Shown here: piece by piece, positions 1 to 12,300 of the stretch
Layout of the letters: each line of letters begins with the position of its first letter
Numbering within the stretch: the first letter of the stretch is position 1
From: Takakia lepidozioides
Taxonomy: Eukaryota; Plantae; Bryophyta
NCBI GenBank assembly: GCA_030704615.1
Contig: CM060732.1
Span: 58,652,001 to 58,716,000 of the forward strand
DNA: 64,000 bases
Reading direction: 5' to 3'
Notes under the pieces: model-generated
Database searches by the model: none
Told to the model about the DNA's origin: nothing
What the model saw: only the letters and a program-made list of their open reading frames with translations
Program-made: the position numbers and the translations under genes

Positions 1-714
1 TTTACAAAACAGAGCAAATAGATAACCGTCCGTTGGGAGGTGAGTATGTATATGTATATGTACCCTATATTAAGGTTAGCACTACCCGGATTAGTAAGGC
101 GTTTTGACCACCCCTAGAGCGGTTGCAGTATAGGACACGTTTCTCCTCACACAACGCAACTGCATTGATTGCCATGATTGCCTTCCTCCTCACACACAAC
201 GCAGCTTCATTGATTGCATACCTCACTATTGGCAACTTTTGCAAGAGGTGTGCTCAGTACGTATAATTTATTGCTATGTTAAATGTTAGCCAACTTCCCT
301 CTTTGATTTTCTTCCTTTCTTGCTGTAGTCATTTTATTTGTCATTGTGGATAAATCTTTCATGTACTTGGAACATTTTGGCATTATCTATTTATTACTCA
401 TCTTTATTAAAGGTTCATTTGAATGTCATGTGGGAATTGATTATTTTTAACAAAAATCATTAAGAAATACAAGTGTCCATTCAATATATTATATGTAACC
501 GCCAATTGCATATATATCCGCCAATTTTAGGACACCTCTAACCGTCCTATTCATAACCGTCGAAATTTGAAGAATTTTGTAGAATAGATAATCGGTGGAT
601 ATATTAAAATAAAAAAACTATCCTTATACATAACCATGGAGTGTGTCCATCCCAAAAATATTGAAATAACCTTAACCGGCGGATATGTAAAATTATTATA
701 ACCGGCCAACACTG
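1..714. mobile_element. Terminal part of a hAT-like DNA transposon; the other end lies outside the window
   Basis: Ends in ACCGGCCAACACTG (701-714), the reverse complement of CAGTGTTGGCCGGT, which resembles the TIR of the hAT-type element at 39875. There are many TAACCG subterminal motifs, and LINE endonuclease sequence resumes immediately after. Confidence 0.6.
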
Positions 715-3711
715 GTATGAACTCTAATAGCAGACGGTTACTTAACTGTATGGAAGAGCTTCAACTTTTGACCTTGAATAATAGGACAAAAGGTGACCAA
801 GTGCAGTGGACTCGTAAACTGGGAACGTTCCATTGTGGATTACATCATAATGGACAAAAATTTGTTTCCCCAGAGTGCCAATGCGTTGATCAACAGAACT
901 GATATTGGTACCTCTGACCACTTCTTGGTTTGGACTGAGATCAAAAGGCGTTTTCCCAACACCAAAAGATCTGTGAAACGTTCGATTCAGAAGTGGCGCA
1001 TAGAAAAATTCCATAATGAAGAGGTCAAGGCTGAGTATGTATAGGCCTTGCAAGATGCTCTCCCTCATTTTGTCCACTCGCTCCAAGACCTTCAGTCTCG
1101 CTCTGACAATGCAAGAAATGGAGTCGAAAGAGCAGTGGATTCTTGGGGGAGTTTCGTCTCTGTGGTTGACAAGATCATTGGGAGGAAACTAATTGCGGTA
1201 GAGCTGTTAATTGGTGGACCAATGAGATTAAACTCAAGATAGCTGAGAGACGAGTCATTTATAAAGAGTGCTGCAATTTGGAAACCAACAAAGAATTGTG
1301 GGCGAGGTACTATCAGATCTGTAAAGATATCAATCAGCTTGAAGGGCTCAGAAGAGATTATACTGGGACAAGTTATACAGTGCAATAACCACCATGGTGG
1401 TATTGACAAGAGATTCTGGTTGGCTCTTCAGCGTTTGTACAAGCCGAAAAGTTGTCAGCAAGTACGTAGACTACTAAGGGTGCAGTGGTGACTTCATTGG
1501 TTGACATTGTCAAAACCTTTGAAACCCACTACAGTATCATTGGCAGAACTTCTAGGTCTAACAGTGAGGGGTCCTCTGATGAATGGAAGGACACGGTTGG
1601 TAAAACTATTCCTATGATTCAAAACAGCCATGATGAAGTGGAGTATATTTCAAAGGCCTACAACGCTCCCATTAGTTCTTCTGAGATTGTGGAAGCAATT
1701 GAACATCTAAATGGATGTAAAGCAGGTGGTCCTGATGGCATAGTCAACGAGCTTATCAAGCACGGTGGCGATCCCATGATAGAGGCCCTAGTTCTCCTCT
1801 TTAACCTTATCTAGAAGACTGAAATGATCCTCTTTCACTGGGGACAGGGGGTCATTGTCAATCTACATAAGAAGGGTGACAGAGAAGACCCGGGGAACTA
1901 CCGTGGCATCATGCTTCTCAATGCTGTTGGCAAGATATTTTGCAGAGTTATAAGTACTCGTCTCGAGGTTGATCTGGAATCTAGAGGTGGTTTTTTCACG
2001 AAGGCCAAGCTGGCTTTCGGCAAAACAGTGGCTGTGTGGATCATATCTTCACTCTAAGCCAGATTAGCCAGGGAAGGAAAAAAGAAGGGAAACCCACTTA
2101 TGTTTTTTTTTTTGGATGTCAAAAAGCCTTATGACACAGTGTGGAGTGGTCTATGGCTCCGCTTCTGGTCTTGCGGGATCAAGATGCGGAGAGTTGTCCA
2201 TAACTTATATGCTCACACCAAAAGTTGTGTCACTGTCAATGGACAGAAGTCTTCTTTGACATAGACCAAGGTGTAGCTCAAGGATGTCCCCTCTCCCCTC
2301 GGCTCTTCAATGTTTTCATCAATCAACTCCTCGAGGATGTGGAACGTGAGGGATTTGGGTTAAGGGTGGGTCATGCCACAGTTCCTGCCCTTATGTTTGC
2401 GGATGACTTCGCAGGCATAGGGGAGATTCCTTCCAACCTCCAGGAATTGATTGATTACATGAAGAGAAACTTTGATCTTTGGGGGCTAGAGGCTAATGTC
2501 AGTAAATGTGCAGTGGTGGCATTCAACGACAGAGGAGAGGGAGGAAGTGATCTTAAGTGGAGGGTAGCCAAGAGATTCCAATCCTCTATTCCTACACATA
2601 CCTGGGCGTTGATTTTTCCTCCCACTGTAACTGGGATGCACATATCCCGAAAGTTGTTCAAAGTGGCAAGGGCAAAGCGCTGAGTCTCACTAAATTTTTC
2701 CACTGCAGAGGGATTAACTCTAAGGTCAAGAAAACCTTGCTTTGTCACGTTATTAGACCTGCCTTGGAGTACGCATCTGTTGTGTGGGTTGATAACTCCA
2801 ACCAGGCTAAGTCTCTAGAATCCATTCAAGTGGGGGTGCTTAAGGAGTGCATGTCAGCATGCTCCAAAACATGTTCGGGGTGAGTTTGGCATCCCTTCCT
2901 TAAGCTCCCGACGAGATGAATTCAAGGTCAGATGGTGGCGTCAGTTGCAACACGTCCAACACCAGATATCCTAAGTTGATCGACTCTATATCTTGGAAAC
3001 AGGACTGCCCTGTCAAACAGGCTAAGTCCTGGCAGAAGAGAGTAGAAGAGATTCTCAAGGATCTGAATCTGGACCCGCAAGTCTTGACCCTGCTGGATAA
3101 ATCTGACTTAGAGACTGTAGTGTCCAAAGCCATGTCGGTTACCAGAAAATTGTCTGCTGGAAATGTTAGGCAAAAAACTTCCCTGAACCTGTTTCCAGTC
3201 TGTGACATGTGGGAGGACCTCAAGGGTCTACCCACTCTCGGCACCAGACTGAAATTTAAACTCAGGGCAGGAAGCCTACCTTTGAACAGTGAAGCAGAGA
3301 GGAAAGGGAGAGTGCAATTGCCCGTTGTATGGGCAACCCGAAGACAATATTCATTTTCTGATTCACTGCTCTCACCAGAGAGACGCTCTCCTCCAATCTA
3401 TCAAGAGAATTGTGCCTGTACCTATGTAGACCAACTTTGAAAGTCTCGAGGCTGAGCCAAAAGCCCAGGCCATTCTGAGGCCTAGTTACTAGACAAACCA
3501 CACACAACAGATTGATGCTTGTGTGAAGGGATTTCTAGTGGATATCTGGAAAACCCACATCAATGTTCTTTATCAAGGTAAGTCTTACTACCGACGTCAG
3601 CCCCTGACAGAGGTAGGTTCTGTCCCTTTGTTTTCCGCTCAAACTGGGCGCGGGGTCAATGGCCACAAGGCTACGGCAAACAACGTCTTATGAGTACATT
3701 CATTTCATTTC
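715..3711 (+). mobile_element. Decayed LINE copy 1 (APE endonuclease C-terminus, reverse transcriptase, C-terminal region) with short ATTTC tail
   Basis: Frameshifted ORFs contain DYIIMD and GTSDHFLV (APE), KAGGPDGI, NYRGIMLLN, GVAQGCPLSPRLFN, LMFADD and YTYLGV (RT). The 3' end ...CGTCTTATGAGTAC is followed by ATTC ATTTC ATTTC. Confidence 0.93.
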
Positions 3712-3719
3712 TAGTATAT

Positions 3720-4452
3720 ATATTTTGGTTGCCTGCCAGCTTCTCCTCCTCTTTCTCTCTCTCCTGACATCTATGGGCGCATCTGTGAAAGCTTCCACAA
3801 CCAGGAGGACTACCGAGTGTTCATGGAATGATGCTCATGCTTTCCAGTGTATCAATTTCAGACCTTGGATCCCGTTTAATTCCGCATAACTGGATTGTTG
3901 TCAGTTGTGCACGAGCACCAGGCAACTCCAGGCCAAGACCCATATAGCCTGGTGGGCTGAAAACCCATCAGGCTCGAGGAGGGTTGAATTTACCCCCAAG
4001 GGTACAACGTTGCCGATGTCACAATAAGTATATCCACTCTCTCTCCCCCTTTTTCTTTTCTGGTTTGCTCTGCTTTGTCCCATGGGGGCGCATGGGCCCC
4101 CTTGGAGGATTGTAAAGTTAATTTCTTCTTTCCGAGGCTTTGACCCTTAGACAATCCCTTGAGCAGTAGTTGCTTTTGGGCTGATTTTAGGCTCTGGTTT
4201 TGTCTCCTCTCTCTGGTTTTTTCCATTTTGTCCCATAAGCTCTTTGAGCTTTCCGCGGATGTTATATAGTACCATTTCATTTCATTTCTATCTGCATGAG
4301 GCCTTGGCCCTTAGGCAATCCCTTGAGCAGTAGTTGCCACTAGGCTGCTTTTGGTTGTGGTTTTCTCTTCTTTCCTGTTTTTCCCTTTTGTCCCCAAGCT
4401 CTTTGAGCTTTCCGCGGACGTTATAAAGTACCATTTCATTTCATTTCATTTC
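3720..4452 (+). mobile_element. Two tandem 5'-truncated 3' ends of a second LINE-like family with (CATTT)n tails
   Basis: Near-identical termini CTCTTTGAGCTTTCCGCGGAyGTTATAwAGTAC followed by (CATTT)n end at about 4288 and 4452. A third, inverted copy sits at about 23641-23800. Confidence 0.6.
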
Positions 4453-6759
4453 TTTAGTGACATTTCATTTCTTACCTCACTTGGCATGCCAATCTTAGAT
4501 ACAATATGACAGTGTGTCAGCGATTTTGGCCGGCACTATTGACTTTGCTAGCATTATTGCTTTGTACATCCAATGTTCTCAATTTTCTGGGACTAGGTTG
4601 TTGTTGTCTGTGCACAAGCACGAGAATGTTTTTGGATGGGTCTCAGACCCTCGTGGGAGGGTTGATACCTCAGCTTTGAGGGTACTGCACAGTGGTATGC
4701 AGTGTGGCCCACCTCCTACTTGCGTGGTGGATCACCCAGCAAGTTGGCATGTCTTTCACAAATTATTCAAGGATTCTTCAATGATTTGTGGGTATCTTTT
4801 TGGTTATGGTTTTCCCGACCCTCAGAAGTTGAAGTAGTTTCATTATATTGTAGTTGTCAGTTCTCTTTAAGACAGGTTTGATGTAACAGACAAATGGCGA
4901 AGGACTTTGTTGTCTCTGGAACAGCCGCTGAGTCCCTTTATGGTGCCTGCGAGTCCATGTTCAAGCCTGACTTGGTAAGAACCTTGGCCCTGTCACTGGA
5001 ATATGACTGACAGTGCAATAGTAGTAGAATCTTGCTCACTTGATGTGAATTCCAATCCTTAAAGTAACATTCATTTCCTGATACTGGATTGGCATGGTCT
5101 ATGCATGAACTAGCCCTAGAAGGGTTACTTTTCCGCAGGGAATAAGCCCTGTAAGCCCTCAACAAAAGGTCAAAGCCAACCTTCATGGGGAGGTCCAATG
5201 ACATCCCACACAAGGATTTTCTTAAGGATTATAATGCAGCCAGATCTTCACTATTTTCCCCTGGTGTGGAACAGAGGTGGATATATAAATCAAGTGATCC
5301 TACTCATTTTTGTTATTAGGAAACTGAGGAGCTATTTGAGACCATATCACAAGCATTGTTGTCATCTGTGGATCGTGACTGCATCAGTGGATGGGGCGGG
5401 CTCGTCCATATTGTGTAAGCCCAACTCTTCATTCAGTGAGTCCATTTCAGCATCTCTCTCCCTCTCGTGCCCTGCCCACCACAAGATCGAGGGTCATTAT
5501 TGGTGTATCCACACTCACCAAGGCCAGCTTTAACTTCGACAATGCGAAGTGTCTTGCCCTATCTGCATGAAGCACTCCACCTTCAGGCCATATTTGAGCT
5601 TTCTGTGGGCATGAAATTCCTTTCTATATTTATCTTGTGAGGAGAGGATCTGTGTAATTTGCTGAGTGGAGATGTAGCATCACGTCTTCTTCTTGCGTAC
5701 GTCTACCTTTTACAAACTTTGGAGCAGATGCTGGTGCCTTTTTAGAGATACCATTATTGTATGACGCCTTCAGCTATAAGAACTGAAGGGCATATATGAA
5801 GCACTCCATATACATGCAATGTTTGGGTTTTGATCTTTTGTGCAAATTTAGTGCCTTTCAGGTTGGTGGTTGGTGCACACATCTAAGAGATAAAAAGTAC
5901 ATCATCATTATATTGTGCTGTTCTAGCCTAACCCATGGTCCTCAAGCCTCCTATGGATGTCATGAATTTCGTCTTTACATAAATTGCACCTGGGGCCTTT
6001 ACTAGTAGATTTGTTCATCCCTCTCCTCTTCAGCAGCTGAATCTCTTAATCGACGTGTCCAACCAATGTGGCATACTCCACACTAGTGTAAGATAAGCCC
6101 AGTAACATTTTTCACACCATGTCTAGTCAGCATGCCACATCATATAGTGACTCCCATTGTGTGGATTAACTTACACTATATGGCTCATTCTCACACTGGT
6201 GTGAAATAAACCTTGTATATTGTTCGACACCTTCTTGGTCAACGACCATTGACCACAGAAGGTGTGAGCTTGGTGTAGACTAGTCTACACGAAGCGGATT
6301 TTCTTATACTGGCTCAATCTACACCAACGAGATTTTACAAGGATGTAAGATTATGTGTAAGAAAAGCCATCTTAACTGCTTTGAAAATTAAGGATGTCAG
6401 CAGAGCTCCCTCTGCACAACGATCCAAACTGCTACTCTAATTTCTGAAGGAGTATAGGAGGCACTGATGATAGTGTTGTAGCTGGTTTGTGGGCATTTGC
6501 AGAACATCTGACAAAGTTATCACTCGCACATTGAAGGGCCGTATGGATTGAGACCTATTGTTGCATATTTTGAGAATGCTAAGCTCTCCCCTCTCAATCT
6601 TCCAACTCTTTTGACTTCATGTCAACATGGTCAAGCTGTTTAATTTTGCTGCTCGCTATGCCAATAACCCCTTTTTCTTGGCTGTAGGATTTCCACAGAT
6701 CATCTCAAAGAATTGAGTGTTGGTTGCAACCTGTATTTTGCAACTTCATTGGATTACAC

Positions 6760-7409
6760 TTGGAAATAAATGATTGCCCTGGCATGGAGAGTTAAGACTT
6801 GACCTGGAATGAAAGGAATAATAACACTTTTAAGTCTTCTAGGAAAACACAACTTTCTCACATTTGAAGAGTTAAGAGTTCCTACTGGCCACATGCACAT
6901 GAAAATTCCTCAACCAAATCTAGATTCTGAGAGCCAGCAGGTCTCAGACAACAATCTCACACCTGAGGTGAACAAACAATGCCTGGGAATGCTGAATTTG
7001 TTTGTCACAGCTTGGGTCCACCAGCAAAGAAATCCGAGATAATACAGCAAGGAGCTGGCCCAAATCCAGAATGCAACCCTGATTTTGAGGACACCTTCGA
7101 GATTACATCCTGTACGCATACAACTAGCTTGTCTGGCATGTGGACCCATGACTGGAAGAGGGCTCCTTCTGGGAAATCGTCCCCCACACCTACCAGTCGG
7201 TGGTCCATAGCAGGTTCAATCCCTAGTCTGGCTGCATGTCCTTCCTCCTGCTCAATGTCCGTGTCTATGCTCACCAAGCTCACGATGACACCAAGGGAAG
7301 CCAACTGCCTCGAGAGTTGCAGCATAGGATTAGTGTGGCCAGTCAAGGGGAATGGTATAATCACCACATGCGGTCTAGGTTCCTCTTGTGCTGACAAAGA
7401 GAGGGCCAT
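6760..7409 (-). pseudogene. UDP-glycosyltransferase (GT1/UGT) N-terminal pseudogene fragment
   Basis: PHVVIIPFPLTGHTNPMLQLSRQLASLG and CCIISDFF, then a frameshift into W-TQAVTNKFSIPR and later a VIIPFIPG motif. No PSPG box found. Confidence 0.75.
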
Positions 7410-8994
7410 GGCCTTCGAACAGGGGAAGATGGTGTGCTTGCAAGCAGTTTGAAGACCAACTTCCCCCAGCAGCTTGCAGCAGACTAAGGAAAAACCATGC
7501 GCTCGTTAAGAACGCATTATAGACTTCAGCTGTGCCGAAGCACTTGCCACAAACTTGTGCAACACACAATGTTGTCTGTCCACATACAAACCTTGTTAAC
7601 ATTGAGACATGAAAGTAGACAAGGAGTAGAGACATTGAGAACTGCCGCAACAAGGAAAGGAAAGGACAGGAACTCCAGAACGTCCACGGGAAGATCAAAG
7701 AGCTTATGGGAGCAAGGCAAGTGGAAACCAAAAAAGTTGTGCCCACCACCACAAAAATTACAATTCAACTTCAAGAAATTCTCCAAGGTGGAGAGCCTCA
7801 TGAAAATATGCTAGTAGAGGCCCAGGATCTCGTAGTAGCGCTACTACGCAAATTTTTGACACTGCAAGAAAGTGCAGCATGGGGGTGTCTTTGGAGGGAC
7901 CAACACAATTTACGGGCGCCCAGTATAGGCAGGTTGTAGGGCGAGTTTAATATCCATGCCTCCAGACATGTAGCATCGTTGCCCTTGCTGTTGCCTTCCA
8001 CCCTGAACTTCCTGGATACAAAGAACAGTGACCTGACTGTTTTCTCAGCTCTCAAGAAAAGTTCAAAAACAAATCATCGAGAACGGAAAGAACTTTGGGC
8101 ACTTAGAGACCGGAAAATTCCATGTTTGGAAAATCAGCTCAAGACAGAAATTTCCCAGGAAAGGGAATGCTGTAGGCACAACAGTGACAAACATCAAACA
8201 GGACAGATGACTCGCACACAGGACTAAGGGTTTAAGCTTACTGCAACAATGTAGTAAGATCCAAGTTTTTAAATCTGGCCCAAGCAAAGAAAAAGAGATG
8301 TGACTAACAACACTGACAATGGCTAAGATAAAAATCAGTCCCACTCCGAAGATGACTCCTCAGAATTACAAATAGCAATGCAAGTGAAGTACTGGATTTG
8401 CACCTAACGTAATCGCTGTGAGCTTCAGCTGAACGCTCGATGGTTTCAAGCGCACACATGCTTCCTGCAATTCTGGAGTCACTCCAATTCGCCCTTCGAC
8501 CACTTTCAAATCGAGCTCAAAGTCCGATTTCCACTTCAGGATGAGCGTGGATCACACATCCGTCAACCTTGGTCTCCTCACTATCTCGAAAGACTTGCTG
8601 CCATTCCAGGGATATGGTCTCTTCCCTCTCCAAAAGACCTGCTGCCAAATAGAGTGGCCTGGCGGGACAGGACTCCCGAGTCACAGGACACCCCATGCCG
8701 CAGCTACCCACCATCTCTGCTTTTATGGTGCTCAGTACAAAGAGGAGGGCGGAAGGCGGCTGACAAGGATTCGTACAGAAGTGTAAGTTCCAAAAACTTC
8801 TCTCTCTTTCCATTGCGGCCCACCACCTCCCGTGCGAAGGGATTGGCGCTGCCCGAGCCCTAAGGGCACACCACACAAGGATTTGAGGCCGGACAGAGCG
8901 TCTGGCATTTTTATTTTTTTGTTGTGCAGATATATATCTTTTGTGCAGAGATGCTCTTCCAAGGAACACACCTTGTGTCACAAAACCCAAACCT

Positions 8995-10401
8995 CTAACT
9001 AGATCGTGATGGAAGACACACCTTAAGGAAATTGCTCAGCTGGTCACTGTAAAGCTGCGGATGGGTTCGGAAATGGTCAACGTGTGGTGATGACTGAAGG
9101 TTGCAAGCCCACACCTTACGTCCTGCATTTTTTTGTTGTTCAATGAATGCCTCAACTGCTTTCACTGGGATGACCCGGTCTGCCGTGCTGTAAATATACA
9201 ACTGCGGGCATGGAGGCTGCTGCTTTGAGAGAATTGTCACCACCTCTCCTAACCGCTGGTTAACAGCTGGGAGTTTCAAGAAGAAAGAGAAGAACCTTTC
9301 CAACACAGACAGCAGTGCACTTTCTATGCCAGAAGGTTCCACCTCTGGATTGGACAGAACGCTCTCATTCAAACCATTGACTGAGACCCCTTCCTTAACT
9401 TCCTGCATCTGTGTGCTTGACTTTGTAGCACTACTCCTTTTCTTCAAGAGTGCTGCCGAGAAGCCCGATGCCCAGACCTGTGGATCAGGTTGAGGGGCAG
9501 GGGCAGAGTCCACCACACAGCCTTTGATTTTCTCCAGCATATGCCCCCCTTGCTGTAACAGCCTCTCCAATACAACTCCATAGCTCAGCCAACCTGTGTT
9601 GCTGAAAGTGTGAAACATGAGATTCTTCTCTCCATCACTGTCGTCATCCTGATCGCTGAGCCACAGTGCAAGGTGGTGAGCCAGCCTGTCCACATGCTCT
9701 TCAGCTTTACCTCCAACATTGAAGCTCAACAGGTCAGTCATCGGGACCACAAATGTCACTGCATGAATTCCCCGTGCATTGTACCAGTCCGCATACTTCT
9801 TCAAATGCTTCTGTTGTGCACCCAGCCACCCAAGCAACACAACCGTCAAGGCTGGCTTCCTGCTGGTGGACGTCCATGACTCTTTCTGGCTTCTTAAATT
9901 AAAAGAACCAGGACTGGGTGTGTGCCAATGGTGGAGAGATCTTGAGCAAGCCAATACAGGAGGGCTGGAAGAATAGGGGGTGGCCACTTCATAGGGTAAG
10001 AGAGTAGAGAGAAGGGACACCAGATCAACAGCAGGATGAGGTTGGGAGTGAGAGAAGGATGCGCTAGGGAATGACAAAGGGCACTGATATTGTGACTGCA
10101 AGGGCGAAGCCGAAAGCAGAGTATTTGAACACCGGCCAAAAGCAAATTTTGACGCTTGGCGCTCTAATCCTGATGTTTGCACTAAAGAATACAAGGCGGG
10201 AGTGGACGTGATTGTCATAGACAGAGGTTGCGAGGGGAATCCATAGCACAAAGACGGGGAAGAAGAAGGGTAACCTGAAGCTGGATATATAGGGCACAGG
10301 TATGAGAGAGCTCTACGGGAGGACATGAGCGGAGAACCTCCCATTGGGGAAAGTGATGGGGCGCCCTGTTTCAAAGAGAAAGAGGAGGATGGGTGAGACA
10401 T
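8995..10401 (-). CDS. DUF829/TMEM53-family alpha/beta-hydrolase-like protein, 468 aa, no introns in the CDS
   Basis: Uninterrupted ORF with VVLLGWLGAQQKHLKKY, FHTFSNTGW, VVDSAP, QLYIYSTADRVIP and SSPHVDHFR, plus a Ser/Pro-rich N-terminal extension. Confidence 0.9.
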   Translation of the reverse strand: MSHPSSSFSLKQGAPSLSPMGGSPLMSSRRALSYLCPIYPASGYPSSSPSLCYGFPSQPLSMTITSTPALYSLVQTSGLERQASKFAFGRCSNTLLSASPLQSQYQCPLSFPSASFSHSQPHPAVDLVSLLSTLLPYEVATPYSSSPPVLACSRSLHHWHTPSPGSFNLRSQKESWTSTSRKPALTVVLLGWLGAQQKHLKKYADWYNARGIHAVTFVVPMTDLLSFNVGGKAEEHVDRLAHHLALWLSDQDDDSDGEKNLMFHTFSNTGWLSYGVVLERLLQQGGHMLEKIKGCVVDSAPAPQPDPQVWASGFSAALLKKRSSATKSSTQMQEVKEGVSVNGLNESVLSNPEVEPSGIESALLSVLERFFSFFLKLPAVNQRLGEVVTILSKQQPPCPQLYIYSTADRVIPVKAVEAFIEQQKNAGRKVWACNLQSSPHVDHFRTHPQLYSDQLSNFLKVCLPSRSS

Positions 10402-11149
10402 TATTTGAGAGCAGTCACTTCAAGAAAGACGTAGAGTCCTTCGGATTTCCCTAGAGAGGGTTGGTATCCTGCGTGCATACTCATGTGAGCACAAACCACG
10501 GTCATGGGGATGTTATCATTCTTAGAGCCGGGTTCCATGGGCAGCTGCAAGCGCCTCACTATGAAACGCCCATGGAATCGCCCCTTTCTAAAGGCCGGGA
10601 AAAAGACGTCCCTTGGCAAAGGGCGATCTTCACGGCGAGCCGGGAAAAAGACGTCGCAAAGGGCGATCTTCAGGGCGCCCCTAACTCACACCTTTGACTT
10701 TTCCCACACGGCCCGGGGCCTTAATACTATTGATTTCCATCCAAAGTAAGTTAGATTTTAGGAGAGGGAATGATTTTTTATATTTTCATCCAAAACTTAT
10801 ATTAATTGTCATTTACTATGTCATGGGCCCAGAGCAATTGGTGCCAACGATTTCTAAAGGGGTGAATGGAAAGTGTCCATGGAACCACCCCCTCTCATTT
10901 TTAAGGGGCGATTCCCTCACAAGGGCGTTTGCTTGGGGTGACGTTTGGGAGTGTCATACAAAGCAGCATACCGTGCTGTCCATTCCGATAGGGAGATTAA
11001 TAGGTCCGTGGTGTTGACCCAATGTCGTGATCCCCTACACATCGGATCATGTTATGCTCCCCCTGTGCCCCTGCTCCCCCCTGAACCCCTTCACAGTGCA
11101 TGATGTTATGCTCTCATGCTCCCAGGAGTCCACGTCGTCGATTCCACAC

Positions 11150-12300
11150 ATCTTTTGTTCATTGGTTTCGAAGGTCACATCACAAGAGACGATTCGTTTA
11201 TCACCCATTTCGGGCATTGTTTTCTTCTGAAATTTTGTTTGAATGCCAATGGCAAATTTGAGGTCGACAATGTCGTGTCGTATTCCTCCAGCAGCAGGGG
11301 CATCGGGCGTGTCATCTTGATAAAAGAAAACACTCTGGGGCTGGGCATCCTTCCACATCTTCAGACTGGTCCCCTCGTCCTTATGCCACTTGAAAATCTC
11401 ACATGCAAGCTTGTCCATGATGTTTCTAATGTCATGCTCAAGCACAACATCATCACGACAACAATTCTCTCCATTGACCTTGCTGTCAAATACCTGTTGT
11501 TCATGTTAGGCCATTATTTCAGCAGACGACAAACCAGCACGTATGCTATCCGTTATCGACATCTTAACCTCTTCACTAAGATGAGGTGCGTATGCGAAAC
11601 GGGTGTTAGTTGAACTCGGGTCAATGTGGCCATGGCAGACGTTGTCACGTCCATCAACATGGTATTTATTGTAGTATGCTATGACAGCAAGAGAAGGATC
11701 TAAGTAGCATCGTCCTATCCTAATTTGACAGAGACAACCCCTCTTGATGGACTCTCCTTGAACGATTTTCTTCCGTCTCTTGTGGTTGTTGTAAGAAAAC
11801 GATGAAGCATCCAGCACACACCCTCTTCTCCCATTCCTTCTCTTCAAAGAAAGTTTATTGATATGTACTACATTTGTGCGCTTGTCCTCAGGTCCATAAG
11901 AACAATGATGAGCACTAAGTCGGCGGAGTGGAATACTCGGAGCAAAAGAGCATTGCATTTTGACATAATAGAAGAGCAAACAATGCAACAAACAACATGC
12001 CATTACAAAGAACACACTGAGACCATCCAGAAACCACAACGGAGAAGGCGGACTTTATCACAAGAGAGCAACTATTGGCCCTTGGAGCTAAGAGCTCGCC
12101 CTCCTCATGCTTTCCCTTTTTAGGCACCATTTTGTTGAAGTGAGTGGGCGCCTCAGGCCTTTCTTCCTCCCCTCTCACAAAATCGTCGATCCTCGTCCAA
12201 CGAATGCCGCAACATCCGTATTCACACGATGTCCACCTCCACTTGAAATAGTTGGAGTCTATATAAGGCTCATGTGGTTGAAGGAATCATCCGGGGGGAT
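11150..12300 (-). pseudogene. Degenerate MULE-transposase-related (plant SWIM zinc-finger family) N-terminal fragment
   Basis: Broken frames give RVDDFVRGEE..PTHF, HCSYGPED, KRGCLCQ..AVIAYYNKYHVD..CHG, YAPHLSEE, VFFYQD and FAIGIQTKFQ..CDVTFETN, recalled as motifs of plant MULE/SWIM proteins. The sequence is frameshifted and truncated. Confidence 0.65.

Noticed and set aside
8400-8990. Possible F-box remnant (RILVSRLPPSSL) and a 157-aa ORF
   Set aside because: The motif is short and interrupted by stops, so it cannot be supported without a search.
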